Shown here piece by piece: positions 37,657-47,279 of a DNA stretch of 64,000 nucleotides. The stretch is from a virus (taxonomy: Duplodnaviria; Caudoviricetes), in the IMG/VR virus record IMGVR_UViG_3300042268_000478, positions 1-64,000 of that record; one strand, written 5' to 3'. The notes below the pieces were generated by a model that saw only the letters and a list, made by a program, of their open reading frames with translations, was not told the origin of the DNA and did not search any database. The position numbers and the translations under genes are program-made. The stretch's first letter is position 1, and each line of letters begins with the position of its first letter.

Positions 37657-39092
37657 CTATGTTCAAACGGATAAAATCAATGTTCCGTTCGCGAACGCCT
37701 CCCAAGACTTATATGCCGGTGATGCGTGGCAGGTTCGACGCGGCACAAACCACGAGGGATAACTCGAAACACTGGGGAGCGGCAGATCACCTGTCAGCCG
37801 ATATGGAGGCATCGCCGGATGTTCGCAGAACCTTGCGGATGCGATCGCGCTATGAAGTAGCGAACAACTCCTATGCTAAAGGGCTGGTTCAGATGTTGGC
37901 CAACGATTGCATCGGAACTGGGCCACGATTGCAGATGCTCTCACAAGATGAAGATTTCAACGATGAGATTGAAGCTGAATTCATGATGTGGGCAGAGGCA
38001 ATCAGATTGCCATCGAAATTGCGAACCATGCGAATGACACGATGTCAGGACGGTGAGGCATTCACGGTGATGGCGACCAATCCCAAGGTGCGACATCAAG
38101 TAAAACTTGACCTTACCCCGATTGAAGCAGACCGGATTTCGGGCGAGTTGATGTGGCAATCAGATGACAAAAGCATCGACGGCATAACCTTTGATTCGTG
38201 GGGTAATCCAAGTAATTATCGAGTATTGAAATATCATCCCGGCGACATGCAGTTTGCGCCGGGCGATGAAGCAATACAGGTTCCAGCCGATTATATGTTG
38301 CACATCTTCCGTCAGGACAGACCGGGGCTTCATAGAGGAGTTCCTGAGCTGACGGCGGCATTGCCGCTCTTTGCCCAACTTCGCAGATACAACCTTGCGG
38401 TGTTGAGCGCGGCTGAAGCGGCGGCAGATTTCGCGGCAATCCTCTACACCGACGCTCCGCCAAACGGCGAAAGCGATGAAGTGGAGCCGATGGACGCAAT
38501 TCCGCTTGAGCGCAACATGATGTTGACCGTTCCGGCTGGCTGGAAGCTAAGCCAGCTTGATCCGAAGCAACCGGCGGCAAATCATGCTGAGTTTGTCAAG
38601 GTAATTCTGTCTGAAATTGCCCGGTGCGTTTGCTCAACATTTGGCACGGTAGCCGGGGATTTCTCCGGTTTCAACTATGCCAGTGGGCGGCTCGATAACC
38701 AAATCTACCACAAGTCAATAATGGTAGACCGTAGCTTTTGGGAAACCGAAGTTCTGAACAGGATATTTGCCCAGTGGATGAGGGAGTATGCTTTAACGAA
38801 AACATTCATGCCGGACTCAAATAGTTATCCACGGCACACATGGTTTTGGGATGGATTCCCGCATGTCGATCCGGGCAAAGAAGCAAAAGCACAGCAACTC
38901 AGGCTTGACAACAACACAACCACGCTGGCGGCAGAATGCGCCAAAGACGGACAGGATTATATGTCGGTCTTGAGGCAACGAGCCAAAGAGTTCAATCTCA
39001 TGCGTGAGATGGACATACCGTTTGACGGCGAACAAGTGCCGGAAGATATAACCGAAGAACCCGAAGAAGAGGGTTCTGAACCAAAGGAATGA
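37653..39092 (+). CDS. portal protein, lambda family
   Basis: RSRYEVANN.YAKG, RPGLHRGVP, DFSGFNYASGR, HVDPGKE. Confidence 0.92.
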   Translation: MTMFKRIKSMFRSRTPPKTYMPVMRGRFDAAQTTRDNSKHWGAADHLSADMEASPDVRRTLRMRSRYEVANNSYAKGLVQMLANDCIGTGPRLQMLSQDEDFNDEIEAEFMMWAEAIRLPSKLRTMRMTRCQDGEAFTVMATNPKVRHQVKLDLTPIEADRISGELMWQSDDKSIDGITFDSWGNPSNYRVLKYHPGDMQFAPGDEAIQVPADYMLHIFRQDRPGLHRGVPELTAALPLFAQLRRYNLAVLSAAEAAADFAAILYTDAPPNGESDEVEPMDAIPLERNMMLTVPAGWKLSQLDPKQPAANHAEFVKVILSEIARCVCSTFGTVAGDFSGFNYASGRLDNQIYHKSIMVDRSFWETEVLNRIFAQWMREYALTKTFMPDSNSYPRHTWFWDGFPHVDPGKEAKAQQLRLDNNTTTLAAECAKDGQDYMSVLRQRAKEFNLMREMDIPFDGEQVPEDITEEPEEEGSEPKE

Positions 39093-39098
39093 AAAAAT

Positions 39099-41102
39099 AT
39101 GAGTGATTTTCTGCTGATTGAAGCAGCCGGTGGCGGCAAGCCCAAGGTAAAGGGGCTGGCGTACTCTGGCGGCAAGATGAACTTGCCGGGATGGAAACAT
39201 CCGGTGGTCGTTGAGCTTGCCGGGATGGAAATCCCGGACAATGTGCCGCTATTGACCAACCATCAAAACAAAACCACTTCGCGGGTTGGGATGGTGATGG
39301 CAACGGTCAAAGACAACTCGTTGGAGATTGACGGCGAGATTATCTCTGAAAACGGCGACGCCAAAGACATCGTGGCGCAAGGTAAATCCGGCGCTGACTG
39401 GCAACTTTCCATCGGAGCGGATGTGGTCAAGTGCGAATTCGTCAAAGCCGGTAGCCGTGAGGTCAACGGCAAGATGTGCGACGCGCCGTTCTATCACGTT
39501 AAACAATCTGTCCTGCGTGAAGTGTCGGTCGTCGCAGTAGGCGCTGACTCCAGCACAAAAATGAAAGTAACAGCAAGTTTTAACCTTAACTCAAACCAAG
39601 GAGGCGACATGCCCGAAGACAACAAACAAGAAGTTCAAGACAAGGAAACTCCCGAAATGAACACAGAAGAACAAACTGAAACCACCGAGCAGGAGCAGGA
39701 AATCCAGGAACAGCCCAAGGATGAGGCTGAAGCTGTGGCTACTCCTCCGACCATTCAAGCCAGCGCACAGGAAACGGCGCAGGATGCAATCAAGGCAGAA
39801 CGCAAGCGTGTTTCTGAAATTCAGGCGATTTGCGACGGCGAATATCCAGAAATCGAACGCGAAGCCATCTCCAAAGGCTGGGAGCCGGAAACCGTAACCG
39901 CCAAGGTATTGAAAATGATTCGTGCTGAACGTCCGAGCGCCGATGTGAACATTTCCATTAAGAGCAAGCCCGAGGGCAATGAAATGCGTAAAACCCTAGA
40001 GGCGGCAATGAGTCTGCGTGTCGGACTTAGTGCTGACGAGCTTGAAAAGAGCTACGGCGGCAAAGTTGTCGAAGCAGGAATGACTGAAATGGACATGCCG
40101 CTTCGCCAGATGTTGGTTGAATGCATGAAACTGGACGGCATTCCGGTACCGCGCGGTTTTGACAACGATTCGATTCGCGCCGCTTTCAGCACTGTAAGTT
40201 TGCCCGGCATTCTTTCAAACGTAGCCCATAAGAAGTTGCTGCAAAGTTTCAAGGCTCAGCCGGTCATCGCCACCAAGCTGTGTTCCAGCGGCGATTTGAA
40301 CGACTTCAAGGAAAACGACCGCTTCCGCTTGACAGACGTTGGCGATTTGCTCCCGGTAGCCGCCGATGGTGAAATCAAAGACGGTGGACTTGTTGAGGAA
40401 ACCGCCAAGAACCAGCTCGACACCTACGGCAAAAAGTTTTGCCTGACTCGCAAAATGATTATCAACGATGACCTCGGTGCGTTCATGAAAGTACCGACCG
40501 CAATGGGCAACCGTGCGGCACGGCTGATTGACCAGCTCTTTTTCAGCCGTTTGTTGAGCAATCCGGTTCAGAGCGATAATAAGGCTCTGTTCCATACGGC
40601 TCACAAAAACTTGATTAGCGGGGCGACTTCAGCTTTGGGTAGCGACAGCCTCAAGAAAGCAATCCAGCTTTTCCTTGACCAAGTCGATGCGGATGGGCAA
40701 CCCATCAGCGTTGAGCCGAAATACTTGCTTGTGCCGACCGCACTCAAGCATTTGGCGATTGAACTTACCCAAGGTGCAACACTGGTTATGAGCGGTGGCA
40801 ACGACAATACGGTTCGCCCGGCGATTAACGTAATCGCAGATGAAAACCTGCAGGTTGTCAGTTCTCCGTATCTTGGCAATGCGGCATATACCGGCTCATC
40901 TCAAACCGGATGGTATTTGTGGGGCAATCCGCAGACCGTCGACAGTTGGGAAATCGGCTATCTCAAAGGCAAACGCACTCCGACTGTTGAGCGCGGCGAT
41001 ACTGATTTCAACACTTTGGGCATGTGGTTCAGAGTTTATTTCGACCTTGGCGTTCGTGAGCAAGACCATCGTGGCATGGTCAAAGCCAACGGCGCAGCGT
41101 AA
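39099..41102 (+). CDS. prohead protease - scaffold - major capsid fusion (Mu gpT-like capsid domain)
   Basis: N-terminal PLL.NH, WQLSIG, EVSVV.VGAD; acidic linker; DFK, TYGK.F.LTRKMIINDDLGAF, YLLVP. Confidence 0.88.
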   Translation: MSDFLLIEAAGGGKPKVKGLAYSGGKMNLPGWKHPVVVELAGMEIPDNVPLLTNHQNKTTSRVGMVMATVKDNSLEIDGEIISENGDAKDIVAQGKSGADWQLSIGADVVKCEFVKAGSREVNGKMCDAPFYHVKQSVLREVSVVAVGADSSTKMKVTASFNLNSNQGGDMPEDNKQEVQDKETPEMNTEEQTETTEQEQEIQEQPKDEAEAVATPPTIQASAQETAQDAIKAERKRVSEIQAICDGEYPEIEREAISKGWEPETVTAKVLKMIRAERPSADVNISIKSKPEGNEMRKTLEAAMSLRVGLSADELEKSYGGKVVEAGMTEMDMPLRQMLVECMKLDGIPVPRGFDNDSIRAAFSTVSLPGILSNVAHKKLLQSFKAQPVIATKLCSSGDLNDFKENDRFRLTDVGDLLPVAADGEIKDGGLVEETAKNQLDTYGKKFCLTRKMIINDDLGAFMKVPTAMGNRAARLIDQLFFSRLLSNPVQSDNKALFHTAHKNLISGATSALGSDSLKKAIQLFLDQVDADGQPISVEPKYLLVPTALKHLAIELTQGATLVMSGGNDNTVRPAINVIADENLQVVSSPYLGNAAYTGSSQTGWYLWGNPQTVDSWEIGYLKGKRTPTVERGDTDFNTLGMWFRVYFDLGVREQDHRGMVKANGAA

Positions 41103-41132
41103 ACAAAAACAACTTAAACAGGAGATTTATCT

Positions 41133-41480
41133 ATGAGCGCAATATTTAAACAACGTGGTGATTCTGTCAACTATGTTCCCGACGCAGACGTTTCTGCCGG
41201 GGATGTAATCATTCAAGGCGACCTTGTCGGGGTCGCTAAACTCGACATCAATGCCGGAGACCTTGGCGCGCTGGCGCTGACCGGGGTCTACTCATTCCCG
41301 AAAGCTACCGGGGCAAGCACGGCAATCGCCGCTGGAACCAAGCTCTATTGGGACGGCACACAGGCAACCGCTGATGCCAATGACGGCGAAACCGAACCGA
41401 CTGCCTATCCCTACATCGGCAAATCCATTGCCTCCGCAACCGACGATGACGCGGCAGTGGAAACGAGGCTTTGTCCGTGA
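41133..41480 (+). CDS. DUF2190 family capsid decoration/cement protein
   Basis: Q.GD...Y.P.ADV.AGDV..GVA..DI.AG..GAL..TGVY.FPK..G.KLYWD. Confidence 0.85.
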   Translation: MSAIFKQRGDSVNYVPDADVSAGDVIIQGDLVGVAKLDINAGDLGALALTGVYSFPKATGASTAIAAGTKLYWDGTQATADANDGETEPTAYPYIGKSIASATDDDAAVETRLCP

Positions 41481-41848
41481 GCAACATGTTGCAACAAGGC
41501 GAACAATGGCTTGAAAACCAACGCAAAAAATACCTGTCCGCTCCAGTGGTCTATGTGTTCAAGGACGGCACAGAGCTGAACCTTGAAGCCACCATCGGAC
41601 GGACGGTGTTTCGCGCTGAAAACGAGTACGGGGCAACAGTCAGGACGGAGAGCCGTGATTTTTTCATCGCGGCAACCGACCTTGAATCTGACCCGGAACG
41701 CGGCGATGCGGTTTTTTATGACGATCATCGCTTCGAGGTGCTTGCGCCAAACAATGAACCAGTATGGAGATGGACTGGGTCAGGTCGGTTGACCCGCCGT
41801 ATCCATACCAAAGACGTTGGGGAGGTAGGCCATGCCGAACGGGAATGA
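41477..41848 (+). CDS. head-tail joining protein
   Basis: Position after DUF2190; ATIGRT.F..RDF.I..P.RGD..RIHT. Confidence 0.65.
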   Translation: MSNMLQQGEQWLENQRKKYLSAPVVYVFKDGTELNLEATIGRTVFRAENEYGATVRTESRDFFIAATDLESDPERGDAVFYDDHRFEVLAPNNEPVWRWTGSGRLTRRIHTKDVGEVGHAERE

Positions 41849-42077
41849 TCAGCCGGGACATCAGGAGCTTTGGGAGGCTCTAAACGATGCAAGACTCGAT
41901 ATTGCCGAGTTGAAGGGCATGATTTCCATGCACTTTAAAGATGGCTCAGCACATCATGTTCCGCCGTGCCGGGCGGTGCAGGATGTTCAACGGTCGATTT
42001 TATCGGCTACTGGAGCGGCAGTTTTGGCGTTGATTACCGCACTTGGGGCAATGGCAATGGAACTTTTCAGGAGGTGA
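41832..42077 (+). CDS. small protein with C-terminal TM segment (holin-like candidate)
   Basis: GGAGG SD; coiled N-terminus, single hydrophobic C-terminal helix. Confidence 0.45.
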   Translation: MPNGNDQPGHQELWEALNDARLDIAELKGMISMHFKDGSAHHVPPCRAVQDVQRSILSATGAAVLALITALGAMAMELFRR

Positions 42078-42081
42078 AACT

Positions 42082-42474
42082 ATGCCAGAAATTCTCAAAA
42101 TTGCCCAGGCGGTAGCCGATGAGTTGAGCGAGTTTGACGCAAAAGTATCGTTTGTTCCCGAGTTTGAACTCAGCGAACTTGACGAGATGCGCATTGCCGT
42201 GGTTCCGCTCTCAACGGAATACAAAACGCTCAGCCGGTCATCGCATAGCGAACTGTTGAAAGTTTCGGTAGGCATTCTCAAGCGCGGCAATGAAACGGAA
42301 CTTCTGGCTCTCTTGAAGTTTGCTGAGGACGTTGGTTTGCGTTTTTTGAACTGTAAACTTGCTAGAGCAACATGTGTTTCGGTGGCTTATGATCCGATCT
42401 ACAGTCCGGAGCTTCTGCGCCAGCGCAATCAATTCACCAGCGTCATCCAGCTTACTTTCAAGCAAATCCAATGA
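42082..42474 (+). CDS. tail terminator-like protein
   Basis: GGAGG SD before ATG 42082; neck-region position. Confidence 0.55.
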   Translation: MPEILKIAQAVADELSEFDAKVSFVPEFELSELDEMRIAVVPLSTEYKTLSRSSHSELLKVSVGILKRGNETELLALLKFAEDVGLRFLNCKLARATCVSVAYDPIYSPELLRQRNQFTSVIQLTFKQIQ

Positions 42475-42857
42475 AAGTACATACCGAGTTTGACGCACGG
42501 CGGGTACTGGTTTGTGTCAGGCGCGGCAACATCACTGGATTGCGACGCGCTGGTGCGTACATCCGCAAGTCCGCAAGAAACAGGGTTCGCAAAAGCCGCA
42601 AGGCCTCGATTCCCGGTTCGCCGCCGCACACTAGGCAGGGAGTTCTCAAACGCTCTTTGCTGTTCGGCGTGGAAAAACGTCGCCAAGCGGTGGTGATTGG
42701 CCCAGCTGAAAAGTTTATCGGCACAGCAATGTATCCGCATGAGTTCGGAGCGCGTTACCACAAACGCCGTTATCCCAAGCGGCCTTTGATGAACCCGACG
42801 CTAAACAAAACAATCAACAAACTTCCCAAATTATGGAAAAATTCTGTAAAATCATAG
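42471..42857 (+). CDS. basic virion morphogenesis/tail completion protein
   Basis: PG.PP.TR.G.LKRS, VIGP, HEFG, YPKRP.M.P. Confidence 0.65.
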   Translation: MKVHTEFDARRVLVCVRRGNITGLRRAGAYIRKSARNRVRKSRKASIPGSPPHTRQGVLKRSLLFGVEKRRQAVVIGPAEKFIGTAMYPHEFGARYHKRRYPKRPLMNPTLNKTINKLPKLWKNSVKS

Positions 42858-42869
42858 GAGACAAAAATT

Positions 42870-43292
42870 ATGGCAGTAGTACTTGGACTTGACGCAAAAC
42901 TCTTGCGTGGGGCGGCCGGAAGCACCGGCGCGACCGAGGTGAAAAACGTCAAAGATTTGACCTTGAGCCTTGAGTCAGGCGATGCTGACGTAACCACAAG
43001 AGCCACGGAGGGGTGGCGTGCTTCCGTGGCGACTTTGAAAGAGGCGTCATTGGAGTTCGGCATGTTGTACGATACTGAGGACGCAGACTTTCAAGCATTC
43101 TCGGACGCTTACTTCAACAACACCGCAATCGCCTTGTTCATCACCGACGGCGCAGGCAATGGTTTGGACGCCGATTTCTCAATCACTGGCTTTTCCGTTG
43201 AACAGCCGTTGGAAGAAGCATTGAGCGTGTCCGTAACCGCAAAGCCAACCGCATCTGACCGCGCACCAAGCTGGACTGGAGGTGGCAGCTAA
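42870..43292 (+). CDS. major tail tube protein
   Basis: NVKDLTLSLE...DVTTR..GW...TLK..S.EF, ITGFS..QPLEEA..VSVT; no sheath gene nearby. Confidence 0.8.
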   Translation: MAVVLGLDAKLLRGAAGSTGATEVKNVKDLTLSLESGDADVTTRATEGWRASVATLKEASLEFGMLYDTEDADFQAFSDAYFNNTAIALFITDGAGNGLDADFSITGFSVEQPLEEALSVSVTAKPTASDRAPSWTGGGS

Positions 43293-43783
43293 TGAAAAGT
43301 TTCACTGACAACGCCGGGCGTTCATGGGTAATTGCCGTGAACGTGGGAACGGTAAAAAGGGTTCGGGCGATGTGCGAGGTTGACCTTGCCAACATCATCA
43401 GCATGGAGCCGGGCAAACCGCCGAATGTGGAGGTGCTTGAACAGCTTGCCGGCGACCCGGTTCTGCTGGTTGACGTGCTGTACGCCGTTTGCAAAGAAGA
43501 AGCCGATGCGAAGAACATATCTGATATCGACTTCGGTCAATCAATGGCTGGCGACGCTATCGAATTGGCAACGGCGGCATTACTTGATGAGGTGGTTGAT
43601 TTTTTCCCCGAGGGGAAGCGGCGAATCCTGCAAAAGGTACTGAACGCCACTCGTCGCTTCCAGGAAAAAAGCAAGGCGGCGCTGAACGACCTGCTCGGCG
43701 ACCCAACGCTGGACAGCAAAATCGACGGCGCATTAGAACAGTTGACCAGCTCATCAGCGAACTTGCCGGAATCTGCGGATTAA
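43292..43783 (+). CDS. tail assembly chaperone (gpG-like)
   Basis: Between tail tube and tape measure; contains in-frame T TTT TTC at 43600-43606. Confidence 0.7.
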   Translation: MKSFTDNAGRSWVIAVNVGTVKRVRAMCEVDLANIISMEPGKPPNVEVLEQLAGDPVLLVDVLYAVCKEEADAKNISDIDFGQSMAGDAIELATAALLDEVVDFFPEGKRRILQKVLNATRRFQEKSKAALNDLLGDPTLDSKIDGALEQLTSSSANLPESAD

Positions 43784-44034
43784 ATCCCGATCCGTTCACG
43801 CTGCGCGAGCTATTGGCAATGACCGAAGCTCGCGGGCGTTTCGAATGGGAACAGACCTCCAGCTTAATGGCACTTGTAGTCAATTTGACTCGCAATCCCA
43901 AGAAAAGCAAAGCGGCAAAGGCGACGGATTTTAATCCGTATTACGTCAAACCCAAGCCAATAATCACGGCTCCGCTTTCAATGCTAAAAGACGTATTCGT
44001 CAGGCAGAAACAAACTCAACAACAGGAATCTTAA
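43741..44034 (+). CDS. tail assembly chaperone second ORF (gpT-like, -1 frame)
   Basis: -1 frame is open from 43600 to 44034; LAGICGLNPDPFTLRELLAM lies upstream of the annotated start 43813. Confidence 0.6.
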   Translation, partial: VDQLISELAGICGLNPDPFTLRELLAMTEARGRFEWEQTSSLMALVVNLTRNPKKSKAAKATDFNPYYVKPKPIITAPLSMLKDVFVRQKQTQQQES

Positions 44035-47000
44035 TGTCAATATCCAGTAATATCCGCGCGGGAGCGGCTTATGTCGAGGTTACCGCCGAGACAAGCAAGC
44101 TCCAACGTAATTTAACCCAGGCGCAAGCTCAGCTTTACAGCTTTGGGCGTACTGCCACCGCTATCGGCCGCGATTTGATGGTCGCTGCTGGGGCGATGGC
44201 TGTGCCGCTGGCGCTGTCGGTTAAAAGTTTTGCTAATTTTGACGATCAGATGCGGTTGGTTCGGGCAGTAACGAAAGCCACGGAAGATGACTTTGAGTCG
44301 TTGACCAAGACTGCTCAAAAGCTTGGTCGTGAGACCAGTTTCACCGCTTCGCAGGTGGCACAGGGCATGACCAGCTTGGGGCGCATGGGATTTTCTCCGC
44401 AGGAAATCCAGTCATCAATTCAGCCGGTACTTGATTTGGCGAGAGCAACCGGCACGGAGCTTGGCGAGGCATCCAATATCGCGGCGAACTCCATGCGGAT
44501 TTTCGGAGTGGAGGCGTCGAAGATGTCCAGCGTGGTCGATGTGCTGACGGCGGCGGCGAACGGTTCGGCGCAGACCTTGACTGATTTGTTCGAGGGACTG
44601 AAAATGACCGGGCCGCAAGCCAAAGCAGCAGGGGAGAATATCCAGGACACCGCTGCAGCATTGGGTGTTCTGGCCAACCTTGGGATTAAGGGTTCGCTGG
44701 CTGGCACAGCTTTGCGTAAATCCTACTCAAGATTTGCCAAGGTCAAGGTGCGCGAGAAGCTAAAGGAAGTCGGGGTTGAAACCGCCGACGCCAACGGCAA
44801 CTTGCGTAAAATGGCCGACATTATGGCCGACTTGGGCAAGGTCATGAACGACTTGCCCACCGCTGAAAAGCTCGCCTTTGCCGAGGATATTTTCGATATT
44901 CGCGGTTCACTGGCTGGCTTGAGTTTGGGCGGTAACACCAAAGAGCTTGACGCATTTATTGCCAAGCTAAAGGACATCGATGGCACCGCCAGGCAGACCG
45001 CATCTGAAATGGATGCCGGGCTTGGCGGTTCGTTCCGCTTGTTTCGTTCTGCGGTCGAGGGCGCGATGAACGCTATTGGCAAGGCGCTTGAGGGAACGCT
45101 CCAGCCGTTTGTCGATAAGCTAACCAGCGTAACCTTGGCGGTTGTTGAATGGATTGAAGCAAATCAAAGCATGGTAACAGGCTTTGCCGTGGCGGTTGCC
45201 GGGGCGGCGGCGCTGGGGGCTGGATTGGTAGCCATCGGCATGGCGGCAAAGGCGGCTTCTGCAGGAATCAGCGTGGTTCAGGGTGTATTGCAAGGCTTTA
45301 CTTTTGTACAGGGATTATTCGTTGCCAAAGGCACGGCGATGGGTTCTTCGATTTCCTTGCTGACTCAAGCGTTCGCCAATTATCGCAACGCCGCTATGCC
45401 TGCAATGGTCGGGACTTCAAAGCTGCTTGCGGCATTGAACTTGCCGATTGACTCGCGAGCTAAACAAATCGCTGCAGGTCTTATATTAATGAATAAGGCG
45501 GAAACCGCGTCGACTGCAAAATCCATGCTGGCGGCAAAATGGGCGGCGGCAACAACCTCAATGAAAAATTTCAGCTTGGCAACCGTCGCCGCGACTGCAA
45601 CCACCAAAGCAAATACCGCCGCTTCAATCATCGCTACTGGAATTTCCAAGGCATTAGCTGGAGCGAAAGCATTTGCCGCCGGGGCAATCGGATTATTTAG
45701 CGCGGCGAACATCAAAGCCGCAGCAGTTGCGACGGCTGGAGGGGCAACGAATTTGTTCCTTGCGGTTACGACCAAGGCGGTTGCGGCTGGATATTTGGCA
45801 GCAAGCGCAGCGGCGGCAGCGTTCTGCGCAATTCCGGTTTCTTGGATTTTGATTGGGATTGGGGCGGCACTGGCTGGAGTGGTTATTGCCTTGAGTCAGG
45901 CTGGCAAATACACCGCTCAACTCACTGATAAAATGAGTAAGCTCCGTGAGAAAGGTGATCAGCAACGGCAGAGCGATCAGCTCCGCATGGAACGGCTTCA
46001 ACAGCTTGCCGGAAAGCAAAAACTTTCCAATGCGGAGATGGCGGAAGCTGAAAAACTCTCCGGCGAATTGCAGAAAAAGTATGGTGACCTTGGCATATCC
46101 GTTGATAAAGTCGGCAACAAGCTCTCTATCGCCGCCGGGGCGCAAGGCAAGCTCAACGAGGCGATGAAAAAGGCTTCATTGGCTGAACTTGACGCTGAGA
46201 TGGCTGAAATAAGAGCCAACCTTAAGGAGCTTGGCAAAGAGAACGAGGCTCTGCAATCCTATTGGAACAATAATTTGTGGAGTCAGATGTCAGGTCGTCA
46301 GCAAGAGGCGATGGACAAGCTCGAAGTCAATTCCAATAAAGCTGCGGCAATGCGTACCAAGCTTGGAGCGTTGCGTCAGCGTAAAAAAGCGATTGAGGGC
46401 GGCGACCAGAAAGCCGTCACTGGTGAAGACGGCAAATCTACTCAAGATAAGGTGGAAGAACACAAAACCCAGAGTAAAGCCGCTAAAGATGCCGCCGATG
46501 ATGCGGCAAAGCGGGTAGCCGATATCGACAAACAGCTTGCTCGGGAACGTCAGACTGAATTGCAAAATGAGATTGCTGATATTATCGCACTGCGGGACGA
46601 GTACAAGCAATTGATAAAAACCATGCTCGACTTTGAAAAATCCAAAGCCGACGACAAGCAGGACAAAAAGAAAATTGCCGAGCTTGAGGGCAAGCTTGCC
46701 GAGGCAGACCGCACCGCCAATCAGCGAGTAAAAGAGGCTCAAGGCAAGGCGCGAGAGAAAATGGAAAAGGATGTTGCGGATTATCAAAACCGCTTTGCAT
46801 CTAACGAAAAATCCATCAAACAACGCCGCACGGAACAAGCTCAAGACCGCAAGATTGACGAAACGCTTGAGAACGACAAAGGCGCTGGAATCGAAATGCT
46901 CCAAGGCATGATTGAACAGTACCGCCAAGCCGCTGAAGCCGCTAAAATCCAGTTCCAGGAGGAGCTTAAAAAAGCGCAGGCTGACGGTACAATTGACGAT

Positions 47001-47279
47001 AAAGAGCGCGCCAAGCTGGACAATATCCAAGCTGGCTACAGTCAAGCAGAATCAATGCTCGACAAGTATGAGGGTAAACTCCGCGAGGCGCAGGACGGTA
47101 CGCAACAGGTAGCCGAGGATGTAAAACCGCAAGGGGCTTTCCTGGCGGCGGCGCTTTCAAATATTGGCGAAAGTTCAGCGGCTGACCGTACCGCCAAGGC
47201 GACCGAATCGGTGGCAAGCAACACCAAAAAAACAAACGATTTAATCAAAAAGAACTCAGGTATGGGAGTATTTACATAA
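44034..47279 (+). CDS. tail tape measure protein (TP901-type core)
   Basis: FDDQMR.V.A, T.FTASQVA.GM, GIKGSLAGT.LR; long Ala-rich and coiled-coil regions. Confidence 0.92.
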   Translation: MSISSNIRAGAAYVEVTAETSKLQRNLTQAQAQLYSFGRTATAIGRDLMVAAGAMAVPLALSVKSFANFDDQMRLVRAVTKATEDDFESLTKTAQKLGRETSFTASQVAQGMTSLGRMGFSPQEIQSSIQPVLDLARATGTELGEASNIAANSMRIFGVEASKMSSVVDVLTAAANGSAQTLTDLFEGLKMTGPQAKAAGENIQDTAAALGVLANLGIKGSLAGTALRKSYSRFAKVKVREKLKEVGVETADANGNLRKMADIMADLGKVMNDLPTAEKLAFAEDIFDIRGSLAGLSLGGNTKELDAFIAKLKDIDGTARQTASEMDAGLGGSFRLFRSAVEGAMNAIGKALEGTLQPFVDKLTSVTLAVVEWIEANQSMVTGFAVAVAGAAALGAGLVAIGMAAKAASAGISVVQGVLQGFTFVQGLFVAKGTAMGSSISLLTQAFANYRNAAMPAMVGTSKLLAALNLPIDSRAKQIAAGLILMNKAETASTAKSMLAAKWAAATTSMKNFSLATVAATATTKANTAASIIATGISKALAGAKAFAAGAIGLFSAANIKAAAVATAGGATNLFLAVTTKAVAAGYLAASAAAAAFCAIPVSWILIGIGAALAGVVIALSQAGKYTAQLTDKMSKLREKGDQQRQSDQLRMERLQQLAGKQKLSNAEMAEAEKLSGELQKKYGDLGISVDKVGNKLSIAAGAQGKLNEAMKKASLAELDAEMAEIRANLKELGKENEALQSYWNNNLWSQMSGRQQEAMDKLEVNSNKAAAMRTKLGALRQRKKAIEGGDQKAVTGEDGKSTQDKVEEHKTQSKAAKDAADDAAKRVADIDKQLARERQTELQNEIADIIALRDEYKQLIKTMLDFEKSKADDKQDKKKIAELEGKLAEADRTANQRVKEAQGKAREKMEKDVADYQNRFASNEKSIKQRRTEQAQDRKIDETLENDKGAGIEMLQGMIEQYRQAAEAAKIQFQEELKKAQADGTIDDKERAKLDNIQAGYSQAESMLDKYEGKLREAQDGTQQVAEDVKPQGAFLAAALSNIGESSAADRTAKATESVASNTKKTNDLIKKNSGMGVFT

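Noticed and set aside
46290-47045. 251-aa antisense ORF, and similar shadow ORFs such as 6950..7507, 14081..14692, 18490..19050, 56057..56614 and 59069..59656
   Set aside because: They lie opposite or inside well-supported genes, lack SD sequences and motifs, and are explained by codon bias on the coding strand.
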